NCBI RefSeq assembly: GCF_018350175.1
Contig: NC_058368.1
Location: 83,640,001-83,704,000 of the forward strand
Direction of reading: 5' to 3'
Source: Felis catus
Taxonomy: Eukaryota
DNA length: 64,000 bases
The notes under the pieces are model-generated. The model worked only from the letters and a program-made list of their open reading frames with translations, was not told where the DNA came from and did not search any database. Below, one piece after another: positions 25,305 through 38,040 of this stretch (position 1 is the first letter of the stretch; each line of letters starts with the position of its first letter). The position numbers were made by a program, and so were the translations under genes.

Positions 25305-27100
25305 CACATAATGTTTTCCCGAAAATATTCCATTTGTATTTGATAAGAATGGATTCTGCTCTTGTTGGATAGAATGTTCTTAGTATACTTCTTATTTCCA
25401 TTTGTTTTAAAGTGTTATTCATTTCCATTGTTTCCTTATTATTTTTTCTGTTGGTTTTATTTTTATGTATGATGTAAGTGGTCTAGTTTCATTGCTTTCT
25501 ATGTTGTTGCCCAGTTGTCCAAGCACCATTTGTTGAAGAGATTTTTCCCATTGAATTTTCTTTCTGCTTTGTCAAAGATTAATTGATCATATAATTGTGA
25601 GTTTATTTCTAGATTTTCTATTTTGGTCTATTAATCTACGTGTCTATTGTTTGTACCATATTATTTTCATTACTACATCTTTGCAATATAAGTTGAAGTC
25701 CAGAATTATGATACCTCCAGTTTTGCTTTGCTTTTTCAAGAATACTTTAGCTATTTGAGGTCTTTTGTTGTTTCATATAAATTTTAGGATTTTTTTTCTA
25801 GCTCTGTGAAAAATGTTGGTGGTATTTTGATAAGGGTTGCATTAAATGTGTAGATTGCTTTGGATAGTATAGACATTTTAACAATATTTATTGGATATTT
25901 TATCATTTGTTTAGTGTTATCTTGAATTTGTTTCATTTTTTTAGTTTTCAGAGTACATGTCTTTCAATTATTTGGTTAGATTTACTCCTAGGTATCTTTT
26001 ATATTTTGTATGCCATTGTAACTGGGACAATTTATCCATTGTTCAATGTGGATATTGAAATTTTCTATTAGCATATTGCTGCCTATTTTTCCTCATAGTT
26101 TTGTAAATATTTCCTTTATATATTTGGGTTTCCACTGTTGGATGTGTATATATTTGTAATTGTTATATTCTCTTATTAATTAACCCTCTTATAAAAATAT
26201 AGTGATACTATTTGCCTCTTGTGATTGATTTTGACTAAATGTGTATTTTACCTGGTATAAGCATATCTACCCTATTTTCTCTTGGTTCCCTTTGGCATAA
26301 AATATATTTTACCATATTATGTCTTTTAACCTATATGTGTCCTTAAAGGTCTCTTGTAGGTTGCAAATAACTGAGTCTGTTTTGTTTTGTTTTAACATTC
26401 AGCCACTCCATGTTCTTTCTGCTTTATTTTTATTGAAGTGTAATTCACATACAGTGTTAGATTAGTTTAAGGTGTACAATGGATGATTCAACAATTCTAT
26501 ACATTTCTTATAGTTCATCAAGTGAAGTGTACTCTTAACTTTCACTATTTCACCTATCTCCACATCCACCTCAACTCTGGCAAGACACCAATTTGTTCTC
26601 TGTACTTAATAGTATTTTGTTGTTGGTGGTGGTATTGTTTTTGTAGCTGAGTCAGTTTTTTTTTAATCTTCCACTCTATATATTTTAATTGAAGAATTTA
26701 GTACACTCACATTTAAAACACTATTGATAGATAAGAACTAATTATGTACATTTTATACAGTTTTCTGACTGTTTTGTGTATTTCTTGTAACATTCTTCCT
26801 TTGTCTAACTTTTTGATGTGATTATTTTCTGAATGGTGACTGATTTTTTTCATTATCTTTTGTGAATCTACCATTGACTTTTGCTTTGTCATTTCAATGA
26901 GGCTTGTAGAAAACAGCCTATATTTAAGTTTATTTTAACTTCATAACAACTTAAATTGCACACAAAAAATCCACTCTTTTATTCCTCTTCACATATTATG
27001 TTTTTGATATAGAATTCACAAATTTCATGTTATGTATTCATTAATATATTAATGTAACTGTAGTTATTTTAATATTTTCCTTCATTTTACTACTGTAAAA
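24325..27100 (-). mobile_element. Old degenerate L1 ORF2/inter-ORF pieces with nested fragments
   Basis: aggattttttgcatcatgttcatcaagg (antisense of the DAKIL region); EN-like ORF 25225-25428. Confidence 0.65.
25264..25300. repeat. (GT)n microsatellite
   Basis: Direct reading. Confidence 0.95.
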
Positions 27101-28548
27101 TGTGTCTTCTGTCTGTTGGCCATCTGGATGTCTTCTTTAGAGAAGTGTTTATTCATGTCTTTTGCCCATTTCTTCGCTGGATTATTTGTTTTCCAGATGT
27201 TGAGTTTGATAAATTCTTTATAGATTTTGGACACTAACGCTTTATCTGATGTGTCATTTGCAAATATCTTTTCCCATTCTGCCAGTTACCTTTTAGTTTT
27301 GCTAATTGTTTCCTTTGCAGTGCAAAAGCTTGTTATCTAGATGAGGTCCCTATAGTTCACTTTTGCGTTTAATTCCCTTGCCTTTCAAGATAAGCTGAGC
27401 AAGAAATTGCTGCAGCTGAGGTCAAAGAGGTTGCTGCTTGTTTTCTCCTCTAGGGTTTTGATGGTTTCCTGTTTCACATTTCAGTCTTTCATCCATTTTG
27501 AGATTTTTTTTTTTTGTATGGTGTAAGACAGTGGTCTAGTTCCATTCTTCTTCATGTTGCTATCCAATTATCTCAGCACCATTTGCTAAAGAGACTGTCT
27601 TTTTTCCATTGGATACTTTCCTGCTTTGTCAATGATTAGTTGGCCATGCATTTGTGGGTCCAGTTCTGGGTTCTTTATTCTATTCCATTGCTCTATGTGT
27701 CTGTTTTTGTGCCAACACTATCCTGTCTTGTTGAGTACAGCTTTGTAGTATAGGCTAAAGTCCTGGATTGTGAACGCATTCAGCTTTTTCTTTTTCAGGA
27801 TTAACTTGCTTATTGGGGGTCTTTCTGGTTCAATGCAAATTTTAGGATTGTTTGCTCTAGCTCTGTAAAGAATGCTGCTGTTATTTTAATAAGGATTGTA
27901 TTGAATATGTAGATTGCTTTAGGTAGTATCGACATTTTAACAATATTTGTTCTTCCAATCCAGGAGCATGGATTATTTTTCCTTTTTTGTGTTTCTTCTT
28001 CAATTTCTTTCATAAGCTTTCTATAGTTTTCAGTGTATAGATTTTTCAACTCCTTGGTTAAGTTTATTTCTAGGTATTTTATTGTTCTTGGTGCAATTGT
28101 AAATGAGACCTATTCTTGGTTTCTCTTTCTGTTAATTTAATTATTGGTGTATACAAATACAACCAATTTCTGCACATTGATTTTGTATCCTGCAACTTTG
28201 CTCAACTCAGTTCTAGCAGCTTTTTGGTGGTCTCTCAAGTTTTCTATATAGAGTGTCACATCATCTGTGAAAGGTGAAAGTTTGACTCCTTCTTTGCCAA
28301 TTTGGGTGCCTTTTATTTGGATGCCATTTTGTTTCTGATTTCTGAGGATAAGACTTCCAACACTATTTTAAACAACAGTGGTGTGAGTGGACATACCTTA
28401 CATGTTTCTGATCTCAGGAGGACAGCTCACAGTTTTTCCCCATTGTGGATGATATTAGCTGTGGGCTTTTCATATATGACTTTTATGATGTTCAGGTATG
28501 TTTCTTCTATCCGGATTTCTTGGGGGTTTTTATCAATAAATGATGTTT

Positions 28549-28767
28549 GGGGTGCCTTTTAGGCTCAGTTTGTTGAGCATCCATCTTTTGCGCAGGTCAT
28601 GATCTCACAGTTTGTGGGTTCAAGACCTATGTTGGGCTCTGTGCTGGAAGCTTGCTTCTAGCTTGGAGCCTGCTTCGGATTCTGTGTCTCCTTCTCTCTC
28701 TCTGCCCTCTCCCACACTCACACTCTGTCTCTGTCTAAAATAAATAGATGTAAAAAAGTAAATAAAA
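28549..28767 (+). mobile_element. CanSINE
   Basis: ggggtgcc...ggctcagt head; TSD aataaatgatgtt / aataaaggatggt. Confidence 0.9.
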
Positions 28768-31480
28768 AATAAAGGATGGTGTATTTTGTCAAATGCTTTT
28801 TCTGCATCTATTAACAGAATCATATTGTTCTTATCTTTTTTCTATTAATATGATGTATCACATTGATTTGCAAATATTGAACCAGTTCTGCAATCCAGGA
28901 ATGAATCCCACTTGGTGGTGGAGAATAATTCTTTTGATATATTTTTGAATTTGGTTTCCTAGAATCTGTTGAGAATTTTGGCATTCATGTTTATCAGGGA
29001 TATTGGCCTGTAATTCTTTATTGTGGGGTATCTGTCTGCTTTGGGAATCAAGGTAATGCTGGCTTTATAGAATGAGTCTGGAACTTTTCCTTCCGTTTCT
29101 ATTTTCTGGAACAGCTTGAGAAGGATATGTATTAATTCTGCTTTAAATATCTGGTAGAATTCCCCAGGGAAGCCATCTGGTCTAGGACTCTTATGTGTTG
29201 GGAGGTTTTCGATAACTGATTCAATTTCTTTGCTAGTTATGGGTCTGTTAAAATTTTCTGTTTCTTCTAGTTTGAGTTTTAGTAGTGTGTGATTGTCTAG
29301 GAATTTGTCCATGTCCTCCAGTTTGTCCCGTTTGTTGGCATGTAATTTTTCATAGTATTTTCTGGCAATTGTTTGTATTTCTGTGGTGTTGGTTGTGATC
29401 TGTCCTCTTTCATTCATGATTTTATCTATTTTGGGTCTTCTATTCTTTTTGAGATGTCTGGCTAGGGGGTTATCAATTTTGTTTATTTAAAAAAAACAGC
29501 TCTTAGATTCATTGATCTGTTCTACTATGTTTCTGGGTTCTATATTTTTTTCCACTCTAAACTTTATTTTTTATCTTCTTCTTCTGGGTTTGGGGTTTCT
29601 TTGCTCTTCTGCTTCAACTTGCTTTCGGTGTGCTGTTTGATTTTGCATTTGGCATTTTTCTTGTTTCTTGAGATGGCCTGGATTGCAATGTATTTTCCTC
29701 TTAGGCCTGCCTTTGCTGCATCCCAAAAGGCTTGGACTGTCTGGTGTGTTCATACTCATTTGAGTCCATATATTTTTAAATTTCTTCTTTAATTGCCTGG
29801 TTGACCCATTCATTCTTTAGTAGGATGCTCTCTAACCTCCATGCATTTGGCGGCTTTCCAATTTTTATTTGGGTTGATTTCATGTTTCATAGCATTCTGA
29901 TCAGAAAATATGCATTGTATGATCTGAAGTCTTTTATATTTATTGAGGGCTGTTTTGTGACCCAATATGTGATCTATTTTGGATACTGTTCCATTTGCAC
30001 TCAAAAAGAATGTGTATTATGCTGCTTTTGGATGAAAAATTCTGAATATATTCGTCAAGTCCAGTATATCATACAAAGTCACTTTTTCTTTATTGATTTT
30101 TTGCCTAGATCTTCTGTCCATTGTTGTAAGTGTAGTCTTAAAGTCCCCTGCAACTACAGAATTCCTATGAATAAGATTTCTTATGTTTGTGATTATTTAT
30201 GTATTTGTGTTCCACCAAGTTGGGAGCATAAACATTTACAATTATTAGCTCTTAATGATGGCTAGAGGTAACAATTATAATATAATCCCTTTCTTCATCT
30301 CTTGACACAGTCTTTAGTTTAAAATCTAGTTTGTCTGATATAAGTAGGGCTACTCCAGCTTTCTTTTGGCTTCCAGTAGCATGATAGATTGCTCTCCTTC
30401 CTCTCCCTTTCAATCTGAAGGTGTTCTCAGGTCTAAAATGAGTCTCTTTTAGACAGCATATAGATGGATCTTGTGGTTTTATCCATTCTGATACCTTAGG
30501 TCTTTTGGTTAGGGTATTTAGTCCATTTACATTCAGATTATGATTGAAAGATATGGATTTAATGTCATTGTGTTATTTGTAGGTTTCATGCTTGTGGTGA
30601 TGTCACTGGACCTTTATAGTCTTTTCAGTGTTCCACTCAGATTCCCCCTTAAGGATCTCTTGTAGGGATTGTTTAGTGGATATGAACTCCTTCAGTTTTA
30701 TGTTTGTCTTGGAAAGCCTCATCTCTGCTTCTATTCTGAATGACAACCTTGCTGGATAAAGCATTTTTGGCTGCATATTTTTTCTATTCAGCACACTAAA
30801 TATTTCTTGCCACTACCTTCTTGCCTGCCAAGTTTCAGTGGATAGGTTTGCTATTAACCTATGTGTCTATCCTTGTAGGTTAAGGCCTGTTTGTCCGTAG
30901 TTGCTTTCAGAATTCTCTCTTTATCTTTGTATTTTGCCAGTTTCACTATGATATGTCATGGAGATCCATTGTCTTCTCCAGATTAGGGAAGTTCTCAGCT
31001 GTGCTTTGTTCAAGTAAACCTTCTGCTCCTTTCTCTCTCTTTTTCTTCTGGAACTCCTATTATATGGATATTATGTTTCATTGAATCACTTAGTTCTCTA
31101 ATTCTCCCTTCATGGTCCAGTATTTTCGTGTCTCTTTTTCTTGACTTCATCGTTTTCCATAATTTTATGTTCTATTTCACTTAATCTCACCTCTGCTTTC
31201 TGGATTCTTGCTTTCACTGCATGTAGTTTATTTTGCAACTCATTTACAACATTTCTTAATTCATTGTGATTCTTTCTTTGTTCCTTGATCTCTGCAGCAA
31301 TAGATTCTCTGCTGTCATCTATGCTTTTTTCAAGCCCAACTACTAATCTTATGATGATTATTCTAAATTCTTGCTCAGTTATATTGTTTGTATCTGTTTT
31401 GAGCAATTCTCTAGCTGTCATTTCTTGCTGGAATTTCCTTAGAGGATAATTCTTCAGTTTAGTCATATTGGCTACTTTCC

Positions 31481-31709
31481 TTTTTTTTTTTTTTTGAGAG
31501 AGAGAGAGAGTGAGAGAAAGAGAGGGAGAAAGTGATCATGTGAGGGGGAGTGGAAGAGATAGAGAAAGGGAGAGAGAGAATCCCAAGCAGGGTCTGTGAT
31601 GTCTGTGCAGAGCTTGATGTGAGACTCAAACTCACAAACAATGACATCATAACCTGAGCCAAAACCAAGAGTTGGACACTCTACTAACTGAGCCATCCAA
31701 ACATTCCCC
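31481..31709 (-). mobile_element. CanSINE (older type)
   Basis: Poly(T), (GA)n, ...aactgagccatcc. Confidence 0.85.
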
Positions 31710-32179
31710 TTTAGTGTTTTAATAGGTTCTTATGAATTCTGCGTTTGCAATCACTACTATATACTAGTATATCATAATGTTGTCCAGGTCCTGGTCCTTC
31801 AGGAGGTGTTTTTGGAATGTGTTTCATGCTCTATGTTGTTGAGACTCTGATTGCTTTGGATGTTCCATAAGGTGGCTTTGATTTTTTTTCATTGAAGTAT
31901 TTCTGGAAAACAAATTTAAAAGAGGGGGATGGCTGTGGAAGAGGCCTTATCCAATGCAAAGAGAGAAATGACAGGGGTGGATAAAAGGAAAAGAAAGAAA
32001 CTAATTTGTCCAGGCAGAGAATCGGAGAAAGTATATGAATTAGTCCAGAGAAAGAGAGAGAGGAAAATAAAGAATGAGATACAAAAGAGGTGTAAAAAAA
32101 ATAGATTAAAAATGTCTGCTTAAACAAACCAACAATCAGAATAACATACTAGAGAATGGAAGAAATAAGAGGAAGAAAA

Positions 32180-32182
<3 letters not shown>

Positions 32183-32218
<36 letters not shown>
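32183..32218. repeat. (CA)n microsatellite within L1 5' UTR
   Basis: Direct reading. Confidence 0.95.
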
Positions 32219-32220
<2 letters not shown>

Positions 32221-33392
32221 TAAGAATTGATCAAGAATCAAGTCAGAATACAAAACCACTGGACAGATATCTGACGCTGCCTTGAAAATGGTGCCTGTGC
32301 TGGTCTGGAGGAGGGACTGTCTGGTTCTGTCACGTCAATCTTGTTCTGTTAGGTATGCAGTTACCAGGTATGGATGGGTGTGGTTTGATGTAAGCACGTC
32401 CCCTTTCCACTGTGTGCCCATTGTCTGTTCCCTGAAACCCCACCTTGTTGGCGATTGGAGAAAAATGGTGACATCCTAGTCTCTCCTCTCCAGACCAGGT
32501 GTCCCAAACCACTCCATTCAGGCCATCCTCACAGTGTCAGGAGGGCATGAGCAGGCTGGTTCTATTAAGCTCCACAGTCTCCCATGCCTCCCAGGTGCTT
32601 GGCTGGGATTCAAACCCTTATGTCTTAAAGTATCCTGCTCCACATGCCCTGATTCTGGGGGAAGAACCACTCCACCCAGCCCACCAACAAAGGGCTTCTG
32701 GAAACTTACAGTGCCAAGTGGGCACTAGCGGGTTGCTATGTCCCACTCCACCATTCCCATGCCTCCTTGGTGCCAAGCTGGGATTCAAACCCTGATGTCT
32801 TAAAGGATCCCACTCCATATGCCCAGTTCCAAGGTTCTGTCACTTGGCCAGCCAGTTGGCAAAGGGACTCTGGGTGGTGGGGAGCCTTCAGGGTCTTTTG
32901 TCCTTGGAATGGGTATTTGATTTCTTCCTACAGCACTCAAGAAAGAGAACTGCTCTCTCCAACTGCATCTGGGAGCTAGCTACCAAGCCCAGAACTGGCT
33001 CCTGTCCTCTCCAGGTGCTGGAACAGGGTGGAGAAAGGCCTGCAGTCAGAAATTGTTTTTTTTTTCTCGTTTTTTTTTTCTTTCTGTTCCCTGTGGTTTT
33101 TGTCTTGTCCAAATACAATCCTACATTTCCACAGTCTTTCTTTCTCTTCCTTTTGTCTTTCCACAGAAGGGATCTCTCCCTTCTGTTCCTACACTCCCCA
33201 TTTTATGTGTCCTGGTTTGTAATCATGCACCTATGGTCTGCCATTTTGTCCCTGTGAGCCCCTGGAGATGTTTCTGTGAAATTTTAGCCAGGATTACTGG
33301 AATTTGAAGTCTTCTGGCCTCAGTACCGCTGTGTTTGAGGGAGGAGGGAACTTTGATCTGCTCTACTTCTCTGCCATGTTGACTCCACCCCC

Positions 33393-35340
33393 ATATATGA
33401 TCTTTATTATATTGAAGTATATTCCTTTTATTCCTACTTTTTTAAAGTTTTATCATTGAAGTATGTTGACGTTTTCTAATGTTATTTCTGAATTTATTCA
33501 GATGATTATATAAATGTTATTTATTACGTTATTGTAATATATCACATTTTTTTTGCTTTGTCCATGTTGTATCATTCTTGCATCTCAGAGAGAAATCTAC
33601 TTTATCATGATGTATGATTATTTTTGTTTGCTGTTGAATTTAGGTAGTTTTATAGAGCATTTCTGCATCTAAGTTCAACATGGATATTGATCTATAGTTT
33701 ATTTTTCTTGTGTGTCTTCATGTAGCTTTGGTATTATGTCAATGTTGGCCTTATGAAAAGAGTTTAGAAGTGCTCTTTCCTCAACTCTTTAGAATATTTT
33801 CAAATGGATTGGTGTTCATTATATCTTAAATATTTGGTAGAAATCACCAGTAAATCCTTTAGAAGTCATATTTGTCCATAGTAGTCTCATGATTTTATGT
33901 ATTTCTCTAATTATCACTTTTTTAAAACTTTTTTTTTAAGTTTCAGTTAGTTAATGCACAGTGTATTATTAGTTTTAGGTGTAGAGTTTAGTGATTCTCT
34001 AGTTATCAATTGTATTTTTCCTTTCATTTCTAGTTTCATTTGTTTTTTTTAATTTCAGTTTTCTTTCTTTTTTTCTTAGTCTAGCTATTTTCTCTTCAAT
34101 TTCATTTATTTTTTTGAAAAAAGAGCTCTTATTTTTATTGGTCCTTTCTATTGTTTTATGTGCCTCATTTCATTTATTTTTGCTCTGATGTTTATTATTC
34201 CTTTCCTCTGAAAACTTTGGACTTACAGTGTTCTTTATTTTCTATTTTCTTGAAGTATAAATTAGGTTATATTTTTGTGATCTTTTATGTAATAACATAT
34301 GCATCTTGCAGAGCCTTTGATTACTGAATTCAATTTATTTACATTTGGAATGATTATAGTTATGTAAGGAGTAACTATAATATCTTATTGACTGCTTACT
34401 CATTGCTTTGTATATCACTGTTTATTTTTCTCTCTGTTCCTGCCTACCTTTTAAAGTTGGTGATTTTCCATAGAGTTCTTCCTTGTTGTCCCTTTATTTT
34501 TCTTACATTTACTCTAGATTTTTCTTTGTGATTACCATACAGTTTACATTAAAAAGTGTCATAGATAACAGTTTGTTTTTTGTTTTGTATTTATTTATTT
34601 ATTTTTTACTGATAGCAACTTATTTTAATTCATCCTTAAGGATCTATTGTTTTACTCCCCCCTTTATATTTTTGATGTGAAAAAGTAACTCAGTTTATTG
34701 TTTAGTTTTTATTCAGTTTATTTGTTAAAAATTATATTTAAATTTTTTTTAACTTTTATACTATTGTTAAGTGGTTAATATACCATCCTGTGCAATTAAT
34801 TTTCTAAATCTGGCTATATTTTTCACCTTTACTGGTGTGTTGTATATTTGCATATGTTTTCATGTCACTGATTAGCATCTTTTTACTTTGGTTTGAAGAA
34901 CCCCTTTCAGCATTTTTTGTAAGGTAGATCTAGTAATCTGATCTTGATCAGCCTTTGTTCATATGTGGAAGTCTTTCTTGGCTAAAAGTTTTTAACCTTT
35001 AGCATCTATCATGGCCTGTGAGGTTTCTGCTGAGAAATCCACTTACAACCCAATGGATTTCCCTTGTAACTTAAACTATTGTTTTTCCCTGGTTGCCTTT
35101 AGTATTCTTTATATTTTATTTTATATAGTTTCACTATAATGTATCTGGAGAAAGATTTGGCATTGCTATAATAAAGTGAGCTTTTAGCTTCTTGGGCTTA
35201 GAATAAATGTGTTTAGACATGCTAGAGAAGTTTTCAGCTGTTTTTTAAAAATAAATTTTCAACCCCCTTTTCTTTCTTTTTTCCTTCTGGAATTCCAATT
35301 ATTCTTGTGTTTGGCTATTTGAGTGAGTCTGATACATCAT
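33393..35340 (-). mobile_element. Old degenerate L1 (RT region to ORF1, with deletions)
   Basis: tctgcatctaagttc, ggtagaaatcaccagtaaa, gtttctgctgagaaatcc motifs. Confidence 0.65.
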
Positions 35341-35342
35341 GC

Positions 35343-35516
35343 AACCATGTGCATGAGCAGGGGAGGGGCAGAGGGAGAAGTAAAGGGAGACTCCCAAGGA
35401 GGCTCTGCACTGTCAGAACAAAGCTTAAAATGGGTTTTGATCCCGCAACCATAAGATCATGACCTAAACCAAATCAAGAGTCATATGCTTAACCGACTGA
35501 GTCATCCAGATTCCCT
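35343..35516 (-). mobile_element. Partial CanSINE
   Basis: ...aagatcatgacctaaacc...cttaaccgactgagtcatccag. Confidence 0.75.
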
Positions 35517-35972
35517 TACTAAGGAGATTCTCCTTAAGTGCGGTATTTTCAAAATGTTATTGGCAGACTTACTACTGAAGTCCTGAGGCAAACAGTAGGA
35601 ACTATTTTCCTTTAATGCCCTTTGATATTCTTAACTGCTTTTATCTCTTTCTTCTGCCTCACCACAGTTATGAAGTTCCTTTCTTAGAAATAACGGTTCT
35701 GACGGATAAAAATAGGTTTCTCTAGCTGTAACCTACACAACTGAGGTATCCAGGCATTCACTTACCACTTTCAACCTTCTCCGTGAGAGAAGTCATCACT
35801 ATTGGTGCTGGAAAACAGTCCTGTGCATTTTTTGACCTGGGAAAGTGGGTAGCTCTGGCACATTTTTTCCCCTCTCTTTTCCATCCAAACTCACCTCTGT
35901 GGGGCAGGTTTGCCAAGAGAAGAACAGGTGAAGTACTATGGGCCTTCAGAGAAGGAAACAGTAGCATGGTGA

Positions 35973-35976
<4 letters not shown>

Positions 35977-36013
<37 letters not shown>
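35977..36013. repeat. (GT)n microsatellite
   Basis: Direct reading. Confidence 0.95.
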
Positions 36014-36015
<2 letters not shown>

Positions 36016-36199
36016 TTACTAAGATCTTGTCCACAGCCCTTACTAAGGTCTTATTTTTGGATGCAATGGTGGACAGGAGTTCTTTATGATCCCTTGGAAT
36101 AGGGTGCTGAGGTACGCTTGTTTACATATGGATGTCTAATTAGTTGTTTAAAAAAAAGTAGATAGAAAAGTATTATGACTTAGGATACCATGATGCTGC

Positions 36200-38040
36200 C
36201 ATCACTCTTAAGATTCATTTTTATTTCCCTTTTGATTTTTTTTATTTATTCAGTAAACTGTGGTTTTATTTACACATATTTGTGAAATTTTCCATTTTAC
36301 TCCTGTTACTATTTTCTAGTTTCATACCACTGTGCTCAGAAAATATACATGATATGATTTTGAAAGTCTTAAAATTAAATCTTGTTATGCGGTTTAACAT
36401 ATAATCTATCCTGGACAATGTTTTATGTACACTTCAGAAGAAAATGTATTCTGTTGCTATTAGATGAAGTGTTTTGCATATGTCTGTTTAGTTCCATTTG
36501 ATCTATAATGCTATTTGGACTGTTGTTCCATCATTATATTTTTGTCTAGATAATGTATTTATTATTGAAAGTAGGCTATTGATGTCACTTACAATTATTT
36601 TATTGCTATATGTTTCTCACTTCAGATCTGTTAGTATTTTTTCATGTATTCAGGCACACCAATGTTCAGTGTATAGATTACTTATTATTGTTAAATCTTC
36701 TTGATGAATTAACACATTTATTATTGTATAGTGACAATCTGTCAAATGATTGTCAAGTGATTATATAGTGACAGTCTATCAAAATGATAGATTTGGGCTG
36801 TAATATTTTATCTGATTTAAATTTAATCGCCTCTGTTCTATTTTGACTACTATTTGCCTATAATACCTTATTCTGTCCTTTAACTTTCTACTCCTGTGTA
36901 CCTTTAATGCTACATTGAATCTCTTGTATGCAGAATTTGTGTATGTGTTTTGTTTTGTTTTGTTTTTCCATTCAGCTACTCTGGGTCTTTAAATTACATT
37001 TAAAGTAATTAATGATATTTAAGTAATTATTATTATCTTTTTGTCAATTTTTTGACTGTTTTTTAGTTTCATTTTTCCTTTATTTCTCTCACTGTTTTAT
37101 TTTGTGATTTTTGTTTTTGGAGTGATATACCTTGCTTCCTTTCTCTTTGTCTAGCTAAGTTATTTATGATAAGGAAATTTTTGTTCCTTTCTTGCTATTT
37201 TCAATGAATTTTTGTCTTAATTGTGATAAGCACCAGATATTGTATGGAAATGAGTCACTATATTATACACCTGAAACTAATATTGTACTGTATGCTAACT
37301 GGAATTTTAATAAAAGCATAAAAAAAGAATGCTGACAACAGACCAAGTCAGTATTTATAACACAGTGTACATTCATCATTCAATACTTTCAGATTGATCA
37401 CATGAATGAATCAACTTTATAATCTTATTTGGTATCTACAGATTTAGAGTTCACTATTTAGCAATAAGTGTGACCAAGTTATTATTAATCTTAAAAAATG
37501 AATTTTTGTCTTAAGTTTTCACAATTTTGTATATGATATTTGTTGGTTGGAAGCTATTTTAGTTTAATCTGTTTCAAATTTAATCAATCTGCTTGAATTT
37601 GTAATCTTATGTCATTTGCCAAGTTGGGAAATTTTTAGTCACTATTAATTTTGTTACTTTTTCATCTCTCTGTACTTCTCCTCACCACACTTTGATAAAA
37701 TAAATATATATCCCATAGTTTATGAGGATACATTCATTTACTTTTAGTTCATTTTCTTTATTTTTTAATTGGGAAATTTCCATTGCAATTTTTTAAAGTA
37801 CACTTTTTGTGTACCTTCTACTTTGCTGTTCAGTCCATCCATGAGATTTTATGTGGTTAGTGTATTTTTTGGCTATAAGATTTACATGTTGGGTTTTTTT
37901 TTCATATATTTTCTTGCTTATGCTAATAATTTCTATTTACTTGCTAAATTGTTGCTAATACATTTGTTTCAAGGGTGTTTATAATTTTTAGTGAAAATTT
38001 TATAATGGCTGTTAATAAATTTTAATTAAATAATTTTAGC
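36200..38040 (-). mobile_element. Old L1 fragments (EN domain and upstream)
   Basis: ctatcctggacaatgtttt...cacttcagaagaaaatgtattctgttgct, antisense EN sequence. Confidence 0.6.
37221..37496 (+). mobile_element. Short L1 3' tip plus ~165 nt extra sequence (candidate 3' transduction)
   Basis: Perfect 18-bp TSD aatgaatttttgtcttaa at 37203-37220 and 37497-37514. Confidence 0.75.

Larger units (their letters stand above)
27108..33392 (-). mobile_element. LINE-1 with intact 5' end but missing 3' UTR/poly(A); degenerate ORF1 and ORF2
   Basis: ORF1 fragment 31110-31466 (MTKLKNYP..QEFRIIII); ORF2 fragments 28959-29417 ([20 protein letters not shown]); 5' end gggggtggagtcaacatggcagagaagtag. Confidence 0.88.

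Noticed and set aside
26371..26690. Possible ~45-bp long TSD around a short L1 3' tip
   Set aside because: The repeats are too degenerate and T-rich to call by eye.
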